A DNA stretch of 64,000 nt from Hormiphora californensis (Eukaryota > Animalia > Ctenophora). The number at the start of each line of letters is the position of its first letter. Position 1 is the stretch's first letter. The position numbers and the translations under genes were made by a program. Shown here piece by piece: positions 51,113 to 62,748 of the stretch. The stretch lies in contig CM035351.1 in assembly GCA_020137815.1 (NCBI GenBank), positions 4,340,001 to 4,404,000 on the forward strand. The letters run 5' to 3'. Under the pieces are notes generated by a model. It searched no databases and was not told where the DNA came from. It worked only from the letters and a program-made list of their open reading frames with translations.

Positions 51113-53192
51113 ATGAAATACAAGAACCACAAGCTGGATTTGGATACACTAAATGATAAAGATCTTGCTAAAATTATCGTAAGTTCTTCTTGATTTGTTA
51201 AGAAATAATAGATGCTGACACTTTAACACCTTGTTTCGATTTGTAAGTTTTCTTTGATTTCATGTTGCTGATCTCCTTTCTTTCTAACCTCATCTCCACC
51301 AGGAGGAGATCAACCTTTGCAGATTGTTAGATACGAGTACACTTCTCTCAATATCTGATGTTAGCGTTGACCGGTCTACACTCCACTACACCACTGCTCC
51401 CCTCACATACGGTAATTGTGACAACATTGTGTGAAATCTATATTGTACACACCGTGAGGATTCTTTTTGAGCTTCTGCTATCTGCAAAAGAGTTGAAGTT
51501 TGTGGGAAAATTATATGTTGGTGATGCTAAACATTGTGACACACCGTTCTATAGTCGGATTTTTTGAATTTGTCACCTCCTGGGTGGCGCACGAGTTTTT
51601 TTGCAAATACGACGCAAATACGACACCGTACATGAAAAGGGGGGTGACAACTTCAAAAAATCCGACTTTACTGACCCCTTCTTCCCAGGAAGCTGTCTAG
51701 ATTATATACACTGTGGAGGCCTCGAGGAGACAGTCATATCATCCATCATTACCTCTGTTCTCTGTGCGCTTGAGTACCTTCACAGTCACCAGATTGTCCA
51801 TAGGTTAGTTTGAGAGTCCATTTTTTCAACTGTTCAACTCCCTTTTTGTGTGCACACACACACACATTGGTTACGAAGTCACCCCTTGCCAGCGCGCTCG
51901 AAGGTCGCCCGGCGACCTGAGCTTTAGAGGGGTTAATTCGTAACCAAACGTGAACGGTTGAAAAATGGACTTTAGTGGATTGTATTAACGAAATACTAAA
52001 TATATAGCTAGGTGTTATATTGCTTAGGATGCAGTAGTGGTTTTGTTTTGAGTAATAATGCGTGGTGTTCCACAGGGCAGTCCAAGCAAGCCACATACTG
52101 TTAGGAAATCCAATTGTGTTGTCTGGGTTAGAGTATGCTACCCACCTACCACTGCACGAGCGGTGCCACACCCGGCCAGATAAACTGGAGGATAGGCTAC
52201 CCTGGGCTTCACCCGAGTTGATACGACAGGTTAGGCCCCGTTATTCTGGTATGTTTTAACTCTCATTTTACTGTGGTGAGGTTGTTCCTAGCTACCGTTG
52301 GGGTTGTTTTTATCTACCGTGGGTCCACTTGATCTGTGGAGAGATGCTGGCGAAAGTGCTCGACTTGAACTAATCGAAAAGGGATGTTATTATATAATTT
52401 TTTGAATTATCTCCCAGGATACTAGTGGATATTGCCATGTCACTGATATGTACAGTGTGGGAATAACTATACTGGAGCTTCTAGCTGGCTATGCTCCCTT
52501 CGAGGGGTTTCCCAATACCAAGGTAATTAACTAATTAGTCAATAATTAGTCAATATAACTAGATACTAATTAGTTAATGAGAGTCATAGCCATCCTATCC
52601 TGTCCAGAGCCCCAGTTTATGTCATGGAGTGCTATGCAGACTCCAGACAGTGATCAATAGTTATACCTCGTAACAAAAAACTTTTCAGATTTACCTACTC
52701 AAGTTGTCACACCATAACTCATTGCCATTTTGCCGGGGAAGTGGCCCAACCAATATCTCCAAGCGACTCGGACGGGTAAGAGAGGTTAAATCTTTTTCAG
52801 ACAGAGAAAAAAAAGGGGAAATGAGGAAGAGAGAATGTTGCGAAAGATTGCTTGATAATGATTTCAAGTGATTTGATTAAAAGAATGACAGTGAAAATGT
52901 GACAGGTACTGAAGCCTGCCAACAGTCTTGCCTTATATGGGCATAATAACATCCACTTCCTTATAAGGTGATAGACAAGTGTGTACAATACGAGCCTCAA
53001 CAGCGACGATCTCCTGAAGACGTTCTTCGGTCATCTTTTTTTACCAAAAAGAGGTCAAAATGTGCGCCAGTTGAATCTTTCTCAAACCAAATCCACGAAG
53101 ACCTGGAAACAACGAAAATAGGGAAAAGTGGTGCTCTGAGGAGTAGTAACTGTAGGAAAAAGGATGTCCCAACTGGGGAATGGGTTTTTTAG
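51113..53192 (+). CDS. STRAD: STE20-related kinase adaptor (STRAD) pseudokinase. Exons approx. 51113-51178, 51303-51411, 51689-51803, 52076-52229, 52418-52522, 52689-52775, 52968-53192; start codon tentative
   Basis: ALEYLHSHQIVHRAVQASHILL (no catalytic Asp), LSGL in place of DFG, LPWASPEL, DMYSVGITILEL..PF, and C-terminal W-V-F matching the STRAD WEF motif. Confidence 0.88.
51552..51670. mobile_element. MITE family TAAAGTCGGATTTTTTGAA..GTCACCCC, in a STRAD intron
   Basis: AGTCGGATTTTTTGAATTTGTCACC...GGTGACAACTTCAAAAAATCCGACT. Confidence 0.75.
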
Positions 53193-53548
53193 GATTTATT
53201 GACATTGAGAGCTGTTTTCAATCACTCACGGGCAACTGTTTACTATTTGTTTAAGATGTGTGCACGTATTTTGTATGCGCTCCCCCACTGTGTATATTAT
53301 CATCCTGTGTATTTGAAATTGTTTAGTTGTTGTTGTTAGCATTGACATATTGATTGATCAAACAACTGTGTAATTATTTCCCCCCAGTTTCTGTGTCTAC
53401 TCCTTTCCCCTTCCCTCCCATTTCCTCGCATTATTTATTTCTTATCAAATGACGTTGCGAAATGCAATACTTCATCAGATTTCTCCCATTATTTGGTCAC
53501 TATAACAGCTACAGTGAACACGTTTGTAAACACCCCCCCTAGCACAGC

Positions 53549-56328
53549 ATGACACTTGAAACGGTTAACGATACGACAAAGTCGAGTTTGCAGGAATTCG
53601 CTAATCTCAGTGTCAAGAGCATCAATCCCACACTGGACGAGTACCTTAAATCAATATCTCGATCTGGAGATACATGGTTAGTTTTTATTTGTTTGTTGGT
53701 TTAAAGTATGTACTGCTAACGTGATCTGACTCCCTCCGTTTTTCTCTCTTTCTCCAAGTATATTTCTCACTCGCTCCCTCTCTCTCTATATGTCTATATA
53801 CTCTCTCTCTCTCTCTCTATTTATCTCTCACCATCCTTCTCATCCTTAGTTACAACTGGTGTCTTGTGAAGTCTCTCTTGTGCTACAAAATGGAGCGGGT
53901 CCTTGAGGACTTTATGGAAATGGTGATAGAAAGTTCAGACGAAAGTGCACCCTCGACCGAAGAATTCAATTCTACTAAAGAGCGGTTGTGTGCTTTATTG
54001 AATGGTTTTTACCGTGCACCCTTCACCGTGCAAAGGTTCCTTGAGCTCCTTTTGGAGCCAAATAAGCACTACAAAAAGTTCGACAAGTTTTGCCGAGGAT
54101 TAGAGAAGGTAAGGAATGTGGTTTTATTTAATTTTTTTAATTTTTTTCTTTTCTTGCCATTTTCATGGGGGTCCTGAATTTTTTTAGGGGGTTGCTGCGG
54201 GACAGGGAAGCTGGAAGGGTAGTGGGGGCCGGCAGGGACGGCGCCGGGCCTTTGGCCCTGCAAGTCCCTGGGTGTCCGGGGCCAGGGGCGGCAGCCTCGG
54301 TCAGGGGCTGCAAGCCCCGGTGGGGGTTGAGGGGCGAAGCCCCCCGAAAATTTTGGACATTTTGAGGCGTTTTTAAACGATTTTAAGCATTTCTGAACTC
54401 CTTTTGTGAAAAATGGGAAAAAAAAGAAAGTTTGCTGATCACGAGAAAAAAAATCATCCGCGTGCACACACAATTTTCTGGGTGAACCGGACACCCTGGT
54501 CACGTCAAAATGCACTGTGGCGTGCGAAAGAACCCTCTTTATGCTCTGCCGTGCGTTACAGGTGCGCGCAGTGCATCTGGGTGTCCGGCAGAGCTCCGGT
54601 CACCCGGCTGCGCGCAAATCCAAAATTTCGCAGTTTTCACCGATTTTTTTCAAATTCTTGTTGTTTTTTTTCCATTTTTTCTTCTTTTCTCTCTCCTTCT
54701 TTTTGGTCTGGGTGTCCGCGGACACCCGGACACCCACGAGCGCCGTCCCTGGGGGCCGGGGTAGTTTGCTACCAGGCTGAGTGTGGGTTGGGACCCTGTA
54801 ATTCCTTAATTTACTCCTCTCTCTCTCTCTCTCTGATCTCTTAAGTGCTGACGTCAGAGGTCATGAAGTGACGTAGTAGGGGTGTCAACCTCCCCCTTCT
54901 CTGCAACAGCTGTGTGTTTACCGCCGTGAGATCGGTACAAACACAAATAGCACAGGGGACCGGGCTGCGCGGCGCACTCCCTCCATCGAAAGAGCACCAT
55001 TTCAGCAATCACAATGCGCGTTATCAGTGGATTATTTTGACAGCTGCAGCTGCTGGTTGTGGCGCTCAGAGAGAGACTGCAAGAGAGAATACAGAGAGAG
55101 GGAGGGAGAGATACAGAGAATATAGATTTACACAATGTTGCAGGCTGCCAATGATGGCTGCAATTAAAGTGCAAATATGTACATTTAGCACGAGCTTGCA
55201 TATATATCTGAATATTGCTCACACATAGACAGACAGACACAGCAAGTTATTATATTCGAGATACCATTAACACCACCCCTTTCAGGTTCTTAGCGTGGTT
55301 ACGACTGTGGACCCCTATCACAAAATCTCCAATTCCTCACTTCTACCAAATACCGTTCTCAATGGAAATGGCCTTATGGAGTAAGTAGTACTTACTAAGT
55401 ATATACTTGGGATTTAAATTGGTTAATTCTTTGTTTTGTATAATGTATTGTCTGATAAAATTCAGGTGATCATGTTCATATTATTCACTAAAGTAACGAA
55501 TTATGTTCTTTGTTCTGACCTTCTTCTTTTCAGTACGGTAGAAGACGATAAAAAGCCTCTTGTAAACGGAGATGTACACATCGAAAGGTATGCCAGTATT
55601 ATTTGTTCCCCCTTACTCAACAAAGTCATATTGCACCCTACATCCACTCCTGTCCCCTCCTCCCTTTTGGGCCCAGGGACTTACCTGTACCAATGCCACA
55701 ATTAGCCTGATTGTTCGGGCAGTAAAGTATTCCTCCTCCTAACACCCCCTCTTTTTCCTAGTGTCCCTAATAATAACGAAGAAACTAAGAAGCGTCCAAA
55801 CGAGACAGAGGAGACAACGAACAAGAGACAGAAAATTGATGAGGATGAGGTTAATGGAGGGGGTGTGTCACCTGACTCGACTACTAATGAGATAGAGATG
55901 TCTAGTGAGGGAAAACAGGAGGAGGGCCACTCTGAGAATAATAGCGAGTAAGTAATACATCGATGGGGCAGAGCCGGGGGTGGGGGTGGCATTTCTATAA
56001 AAACTGTTTTCTTGTGCCACGCATAGCCACATAAAAGCGAAGACAAAGTCGTCTAGTATGAAAAGTGAAAACAATCCAACCTATTTCAGTGAGAACCAGG
56101 TGACTACAACGATGTCAGAAGAGAAGGTCACTACGGAGGAGGCTGTGGTTTCAGAACACCCTAACGAGCAGACCAAAGGAGGTAATAATTGGAATCAAAC
56201 AATTAATTAATTTGAATCCAATAATAATATTGGAATCAAACAATTAATTAATTGGAATAAAATAATTAACCAATTGTTGATGTGTTTCATTTTGTGGATA
56301 TATTAAAACGTTCTCTCCTTCAGGCTAA
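53549..56328 (+). CDS. PPP4R2: Serine/threonine-protein phosphatase 4 regulatory subunit 2. Exons approx. 53549-53676, 53850-54108, 55286-55380, 55534-55587, 55762-55947, 56090-56181, 56324-56328
   Basis: LQEF..NPTLDEYLKSISRSGDT..W..VKSLLCYKMERVLEDF..APFTVQRFLELLLEPNKHY..KFCRGLEK/VLSVVTTV, followed by an acidic low-complexity tail; exon phases are consistent. Confidence 0.9.
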
Positions 56329-56924
56329 GTGGATATGAGGCGACTGATTGAGAACACATCACGACTGCAACACCCTGTATATAAAACATTGCAACAAGCC
56401 GAACTCTCATCATCATGGATCCGTGGCCGATCCTTTTATTCCATTAACAATCTTTGTGCCAACTAGGGCGTGTATACACGGGTGCCAATGGTACCTCTGG
56501 CTGTGTGGAAATGAGGTTTATTTATGTCAAGACGTGTTTAAATGGCTCAACGGATGTTTCATATTTGATATTTTCTAGAGGACAGGAGTAAAGATTGAGT
56601 GAGAAAGAGAGAGAATTATCTATGATCATGAGGCGAAATAACCTCTGCTCTAGTCGGTCTTAAACTGTTTCATTGTCTTCAGTTTACCATTTGGGTGGTT
56701 TACTCAAATTCCAATGAATATCCTGCGTGTTGAATCCCGTGGCAAACCCGCAAATATTCCCTTGACTGCCGTGATATGATGCGTTTAACCCGTCTATTGT
56801 TTACCAGAGCGAATGCTGATATGTATCTTCTGAAATCTAAAATATCTATTTGGTCAGCTTATAAAGAAATTCGTCGTCCATTTCTTTAAACACTTCTTTT
56901 TTGGATAATTCATCCAAGTTGTCC

Positions 56925-57580
56925 TAAAGTCGGATTTTTTGAAACTGTCACCCCCCTGTGTATTTTCAAATTTCGTAAATGACCATAAATCCGGTTCCTG
57001 ACGAGATAGAGACTTGAAATTTGGAGGTTACGAAGATCTTGCTAAGTTCTTCCGAACCTCCAAATTTCAAGTCTCTATCTTATCAAGAACCGGAGATATG
57101 GCAAATTTTGTTATTTTAGGGGGGTGACAGTTTCAAAAAATCCGACTTTATCAAATTAATCGGAACGCGCGACATTTCGCAAGTAACGCTATCATTAAGT
57201 GCCGCGCATGCGCGCTCAAGATTACTAAATTTGAATTTAGGAACAAAAACTCAAAGAAAAAGTTTCGACTTTTAAAGGTAAAGTCGGATTTTTTGAAGTT
57301 GTCACCCCAAAATGACCGCGCATGTGAAATTTATTAATTTTGACGCGCACACCACACGTTAACATGTGATGTGACGCGCAAAAACATTCCGCGCACGAGA
57401 AGGGGGGTGACAACTTCAAAAAATCCGACTTTATCATTAAAAAAAAAAAAAAAAAAGAAAAAGTTTCGAAACTTTCAAAAAAGACAAAAGTTTTAAAAAA
57501 ATTTGATGCAGCGGGCGGCGCCAGCGCGGTCATTTGGGGGTGACAAGTGACAACTGACAACTTCAAAAAATCCGACTTTA
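56925..57580. mobile_element. Cluster of TAAAGTCGGATTTTTTGAA-family MITEs (56925-57150, 57279-57432, extra right end at about 57535-57580)
   Basis: Paired TIRs TAAAGTCGGATTTTTTGAA(A/G)(C/T)TGTCACCCC and GGGGTGACA..TTCAAAAAATCCGACTTTA. Confidence 0.8.
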
Positions 57581-57864
57581 CGTCGATTTCCCATTTGGAT
57601 GTGGCTGACCAACCCGCTGTGGGGGCCCTGGACCCACATAGGCGGTCGCGGCTGCGAGCCGCGCACTGCCACTGGGCTGATTAATGGCGTCGAACTAATA
57701 AGTTAACTTTGATGACCTAAGTCCTACGGCCCACCTATGGCTTGTAATTTTATGTTCATTAACCTGCATTCCATTCGATTTTCAGTCCAATTTACGAACG
57801 CAGCCCAATGGTTAGAGCCCTGATTAATACTCTCATCGTGCCTTAGGTTCATGACGTGTGATTA

Positions 57865-58897
57865 ATGTCTGCTCTCGACAGTATTAAAACACCTCCGAAG
57901 GTTCGGAGGGTACCGGCCAGCAAAGCCATTCCTGTCAATGCCAGTAAGTTGTCCAAACATTCTAAAACAATTGCTACAGATAGCCAAATTTTGCAAACCT
58001 AATTATCATCTTTCCAGAGTGTAAAGTAGCGAAGAATTTGTTTGGGCCAGTCGATCATGTCGAGCTGGAGAATGACCTGGACCTGGAACTGAAACGAATC
58101 AACGATGAAAAGAAAGACAAATGGGGATTCGATTTCAGTGAGGGAAAGCCCGTGGAGGGTAGTTCAATTGAGTGGATAGAGATAACTGGAGAGATAGTAA
58201 AGAAGGAATCGCAACCTGAGAATAGTGCCCAGAAGAAAGAACCAGTTGAACCTATCAAGTTCAACACGGCAGCCTTCTCGGGGGTCGCTGGGTTCAAATT
58301 GCTGCCCAATGCCAAGGCCCCTGCTGAAACTGTGTCAGCATCCCCAGATTACATTCAGTCCGTTCTAAATCCCATCGCTATGAGAAAGGTATCTATTGAA
58401 TCATATCATTACATTTGGCCACTTAAATTTCATGCAGTTACTACATGACAAGTGTTTTGTTAAAATGTTATATATCCGCCTTAACTGACACAAGTTTGCT
58501 GACACTCGTCTCATAATTTAGGCCGTTGAGATAACGCCGTCCAACTCGGAGCAGAAGAAAAGATCTCGACTGCTCAACAGAACGTCCTCTAAAGTGAAAT
58601 GCAAACCCAGAAAGCTCACATCTTCGCCCGGATTCTCAGAAGACAAAACCCAGCCTTCTATTCAATGTAAGTTTATCTTCTTCACTCTTCAGTTACGAAC
58701 CATGCCTGTCAATTCCCCTGCTACATTTTGGATTCTCAACGTTTTCTAACTATCACATTTCTAACTACGTTTCTCTCTCCTCAGCCTTCTTTAAGAAAAG
58801 GAAACACGTGCCAGAGCCGTCCACTGTCAAAAAGGCAGCTGAGTCACCGGTCAGCAAGAGACCACGACTCTCAGACGCGAAAACAGTTGTACGCTAA
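57865..58897 (+). CDS. CDKN1: Cip/Kip-family CDK inhibitor (p21/p27-like). Exons approx. 57865-57943, 58018-58388, 58522-58666, 58785-58897
   Basis: KNLFGPVDHVEL and KWGFDFSEGKPVEG match the CDI domain (p27 RNLFGPVDHEEL, KWNFDF). The C-terminal QPSIQSFFKKRK PIP box forms across the last splice junction. Confidence 0.88.
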
Positions 58898-59757
58898 AGT
58901 ATATTGAACTGCGGAGATTTTTAGATTATTTACCATCACACACACTCTGTACGCTTCATAATTCAAGCTGCGTTTAAACTGTAAACTGTACCCCGCGACT
59001 ACTTATTATTGATATTACAAGCTTTAGTACAAGCTTGATTATAATTTGGCCTACTCGACTCCTTCTTCTGCACTATGCCATTATGGCAATAGAAATATCG
59101 TATAAAGTCCGAGTAGACCAACATGAAGTATTATTATAGTTGAAACCAGAGAGTGAGAATGATAGAGAGAAAGTGAAAGAGAGAAAGAGAGAGATTTTGT
59201 GCTTATTTTGTGTGTAACATATGACATACTATACCGTGTAACATGTCCTCCCAAACAACACCCCGTCTCTCAGTAATCCCCAAAATTATGACTGTGCAGA
59301 CTGTTTCTAGACTATACATGAGACTGAATTAGACCATCTGTCTAGTCGGATCATGAGTTATGGTTATGTCTGTGGACTGTGTTTAGATTGTCTAGTTCGA
59401 TCATCAAAATACATCAGAGAGATGGGGTGTACAGAGTACTACAGAAATATCGACCCCTCTAATATTCTGTAGGACTCTGATAATTTTCTAATTTTCAATT
59501 GTTATTCCTACTGGGTGATTTGTAGAGAAAAGTGCAAATGATTCAAACTCTGTTATTTGTTCTCTCTAAATCACTTTGTATTACTATAAAGCGATGTGTT
59601 GTCAATGCGTCCTACCTTCCCCCTACATTACTTCCAGCTAGCCATAACAAGAAGCAATTTGCTAAATTACCATGCTAGTCTGATCTCTACGTTCTATACG
59701 ACCTCCCTAATCATGAAAGCCTCTCACTAACTAACCCCCTTTGCTATCTAGGTAGCC

Positions 59758-60838
59758 ATGGCTGGCAGGGTGATACCAATTCGAGAGGTCCAACACTTTA
59801 TAACAGGTTGCCTCCGATCTGCGGGGGGTCGACCTAACTCCTGTACAGATCTAGCTGAGATCCTGATAGCAGCCGATACTAGAGGCCACTACAGCCACGG
59901 TCTCAATAGGCTGGAGATGTATTGTACTGATTACCAGAGAGGGACCACCCTGGTTGATGCCGCTCCCTCAGTAGAGAGGGAGACTGTGTCAACTGCACTG
60001 GTGAACGGTAACAACTCACTAGGTGCTACTGTTGGGAAATATTCCATGGAGCTAGCGATAGAGAAATGTAAGGGGACTGGGGTAGGGGTTGTTACGGCAA
60101 AGGGATCAAATCATTATGGGATTGCTGGGTTTTATGGGCTTATGGCCCGGAAACAGGGCCTAATTGGAATCAGTATGACCAACACCTCTTCACTACAAGT
60201 ACCAACTCGGGCTAAAGTGTGTACTCTGGGAACCAATCCCGATATCGGTCGTTGCTCCGGCCCAGGGAGATGACTGTTTTGCTCTTGACATGGCCACCAG
60301 TGCCGTGGCTATTGGCAAAGTAGAGGTACAACGGAGGAAGGGTGAACCAATTCCTCCTGGTTGGGGATGTGACTCTGAGGGAAAGGAAACTCTTCAACCG
60401 GAGGGAGTTCAGAATGGCGGGGGTCTCTTTCCTCTCGGTGGTACAGAGATTTCCAGTGGTTACAAAGGGTACGGTCTAGCATCCATGGTTGAGGTCCTCT
60501 GTGGACTACTAGCCGGGGCTACCTGGGGTCCCCACATCCGAGCTTGGCAAGATCCCAACGAGACCCGTGTTGCTGATTTGGGACAGTTCTTTATGGCACT
60601 TGATCCTGGCATGTTTGGGGAGGGATTCTCGGGACGGATGCAGCAGTTTATGGACGAACACAGGGCTCTAGATCCGGTGGAGGGGGCTGAGAAGGTGCTG
60701 GTGGCGGGGGATCCAGAGAGAGCAGCGGAGAGGGCGTGTGAGGAGCAGGGTGGGATTCTGTATCATCCCGCATTTGTAAGAGATATGGAGAAACTAGCAG
60801 AGAAAATGGGTGTTCCCTCCATGAAACCACTTGAGTAA
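59758..60838 (+). CDS. Type-2 malate/L-lactate dehydrogenase family protein (Ldh_2; AllD/YbiC/ComC-like), single coding exon, apparent +1 frameshift near 60240
   Basis: AADTRGHYSHGLNRL, SNHYGIAG, LGTNP(ISVVAP)..LDMATSAVAIGKV, GYKGYGL, GDPE; the two ORFs join if one base is removed at 60238-60241. Confidence 0.9.
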
Positions 60839-61238
60839 TGAACTTGGATAGTTTTATTTAGTTTGAGTTTTTTAGAATCTTAATTTTTATCAGCGTCACT
60901 GTTCTCTTTATATAATCATGATAATGTATTAGCTCGAATCTTTCTTTATCAGCTCGAATCTTTATGTATCAGTTCGAACCTTTTTGTCTTAGCTGTAGTT
61001 TTGTACGTGTCTTGTCTTTCAGTTATTGTGAAGTTTTTATAGCAAAGATGAATTTTAATGAAACGGTACGATTTTTTAAACTAAATTGAAGATAATTTAT
61101 TACAACTAAACTTTAATAAAGTTGTTTTACTTTCAAATCTTCATTGCATTTCCCACCCCACCCACTTCCCCCAATCCATTACCCCCTATAATAACACCCG
61201 CCCTTACTGATAAAACCCTACCCTATTCCTCTTTAGCA

Positions 61239-62234
61239 ATGTTAGCAACATCACGCCGTGTGTTATCTCCACTTATCTCGAGGCTTCCAAACCTCCAGCA
61301 AAGTGCCACCTTTTTCCCCGAAAAGAAGGACCCCCCTTACTGGCTGGAAAACCTAACACAACCGGGACACCAGAAGAAGTTCCCTCGAATTTACCCAATG
61401 TACGTGACAGTGTACAACTTGAGACAGTGTTTTGAGCAATTACCAGTTAGTTGGTAATGCTCAGAAAGAAACTATTTCGTTTTGAAATTGTGTGCCAGTT
61501 TGGCAACCACTCTAACTCTGTTTTCTAATTTCTCCACTCTCAGGAACCGGAAGGTTGATCCACTGAAATTGTTGCCAGGAGACGACCCACAACCCTATCA
61601 GCCAAGTCTCAAGCCGTTTTCTCATCACCAACGTCGTGCACAGGTAAACAGGTGGCTTTTAATTAGTGTGACATTTGTAGCTCACACCGGATTTTATTTC
61701 TGTGAGAGTTCGACAGAGCAATGTGACCAGTAACAACTGACATGTGATAATGGAGGATCATGCTATAATGGAGGATCATGTGATAACGAGATTACGATTG
61801 TTTTGTAACCGTATACCCAAAACATAGCCCATCATACCCATTCCTCCCTCGTACAGAAAAAGCAGAAGAAAGAGCAGTTAGTGGAAGCTGAGCGGCCGAA
61901 AGACATCATAACTCCAGAGGAGGTTCATATGGTTGTTTCAGCGAAGGATATCATGGGTCGATGGAAGAAACTCCATCCTATTACTATGCAGGTAGGGAGG
62001 TGCAAGATGTTGAACCATTATTATCGAATTTGGGACCATTTCTGTGTCTTGACAGACTTTTTAGATCCGCTTGCGGCTTCACGTTTGGTTGAAGAACAAT
62101 AACTAAATGTTACAATTCATACTCCCTCTGCAGATAAATAAGAAGCCATTGGAACATGCAATACTTCAGTGTTATTTCAACTCAACTTGGAGTCCTCGAT
62201 ATAAAGATGTTCTACTGACCCTTCTTAGAGCAAG
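61239..62234 (+). CDS. MRPL22: Probable mitochondrial ribosomal protein uL22m, 5' part. Exons approx. 61239-61399, 61544-61643, 61857-61991, 62134-62234; continues beyond the window
   Basis: Arg/Ser/Leu-rich N-terminus resembling a mitochondrial presequence; SAKDIMGRWKKLHPITMQINKKPLEHAILQCYFN..KDVLLTLLRAR aligns by eye with the L22 core (KKL....QI.GK.L..AI.Q..F). Confidence 0.6.
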
Positions 62235-62321
62235 GTAGGCTTCATTTTGTGGCTATACCCCTCATAGTTCCACAATCATCACGGTTCGGGGTTCCCCTGT
62301 TACAATTTGTTATGTTCTAAC

Positions 62322-62705
62322 GGGGGGGGGGGGGGGGGGGGGGGGCCTGCCGCAAAAATCTCAGCTACCCTACTTTCGGCCGATGAGATTTTTGAGATTT
62401 TTGGGAAAATTTGCTCAATTACGTTTGAGATTTTTGAGATTTTTGTTGTAAATTGGCACAATTTTTGCTGCCAATACTCAGTCTTTCGACATATTTTTTA
62501 GCTTAAAACCGAATCATAATATCAATTTAGTAATTAAGCCAAAAACTAATTGAATTAGTTGGCGGGAAAGGTGACCCACTTACACCTTTTGTTGCTGCCG
62601 GGTATCACCACGCACTCTCATTCTATCCCTCGGTATCTCAATCTCTTATTTTTCGAGGTTAACTTATTCCTGTTCGTTCTATCCCTCTCTCTCCCCTCCC
62701 TGTCT

Positions 62706-62748
<43 letters not shown>

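Noticed and set aside
54160-54800. GC-rich ORF cluster in PPP4R2 intron 2
   Set aside because: Looks like a repeat-element insertion with no protein motifs; termini could not be defined well enough to call
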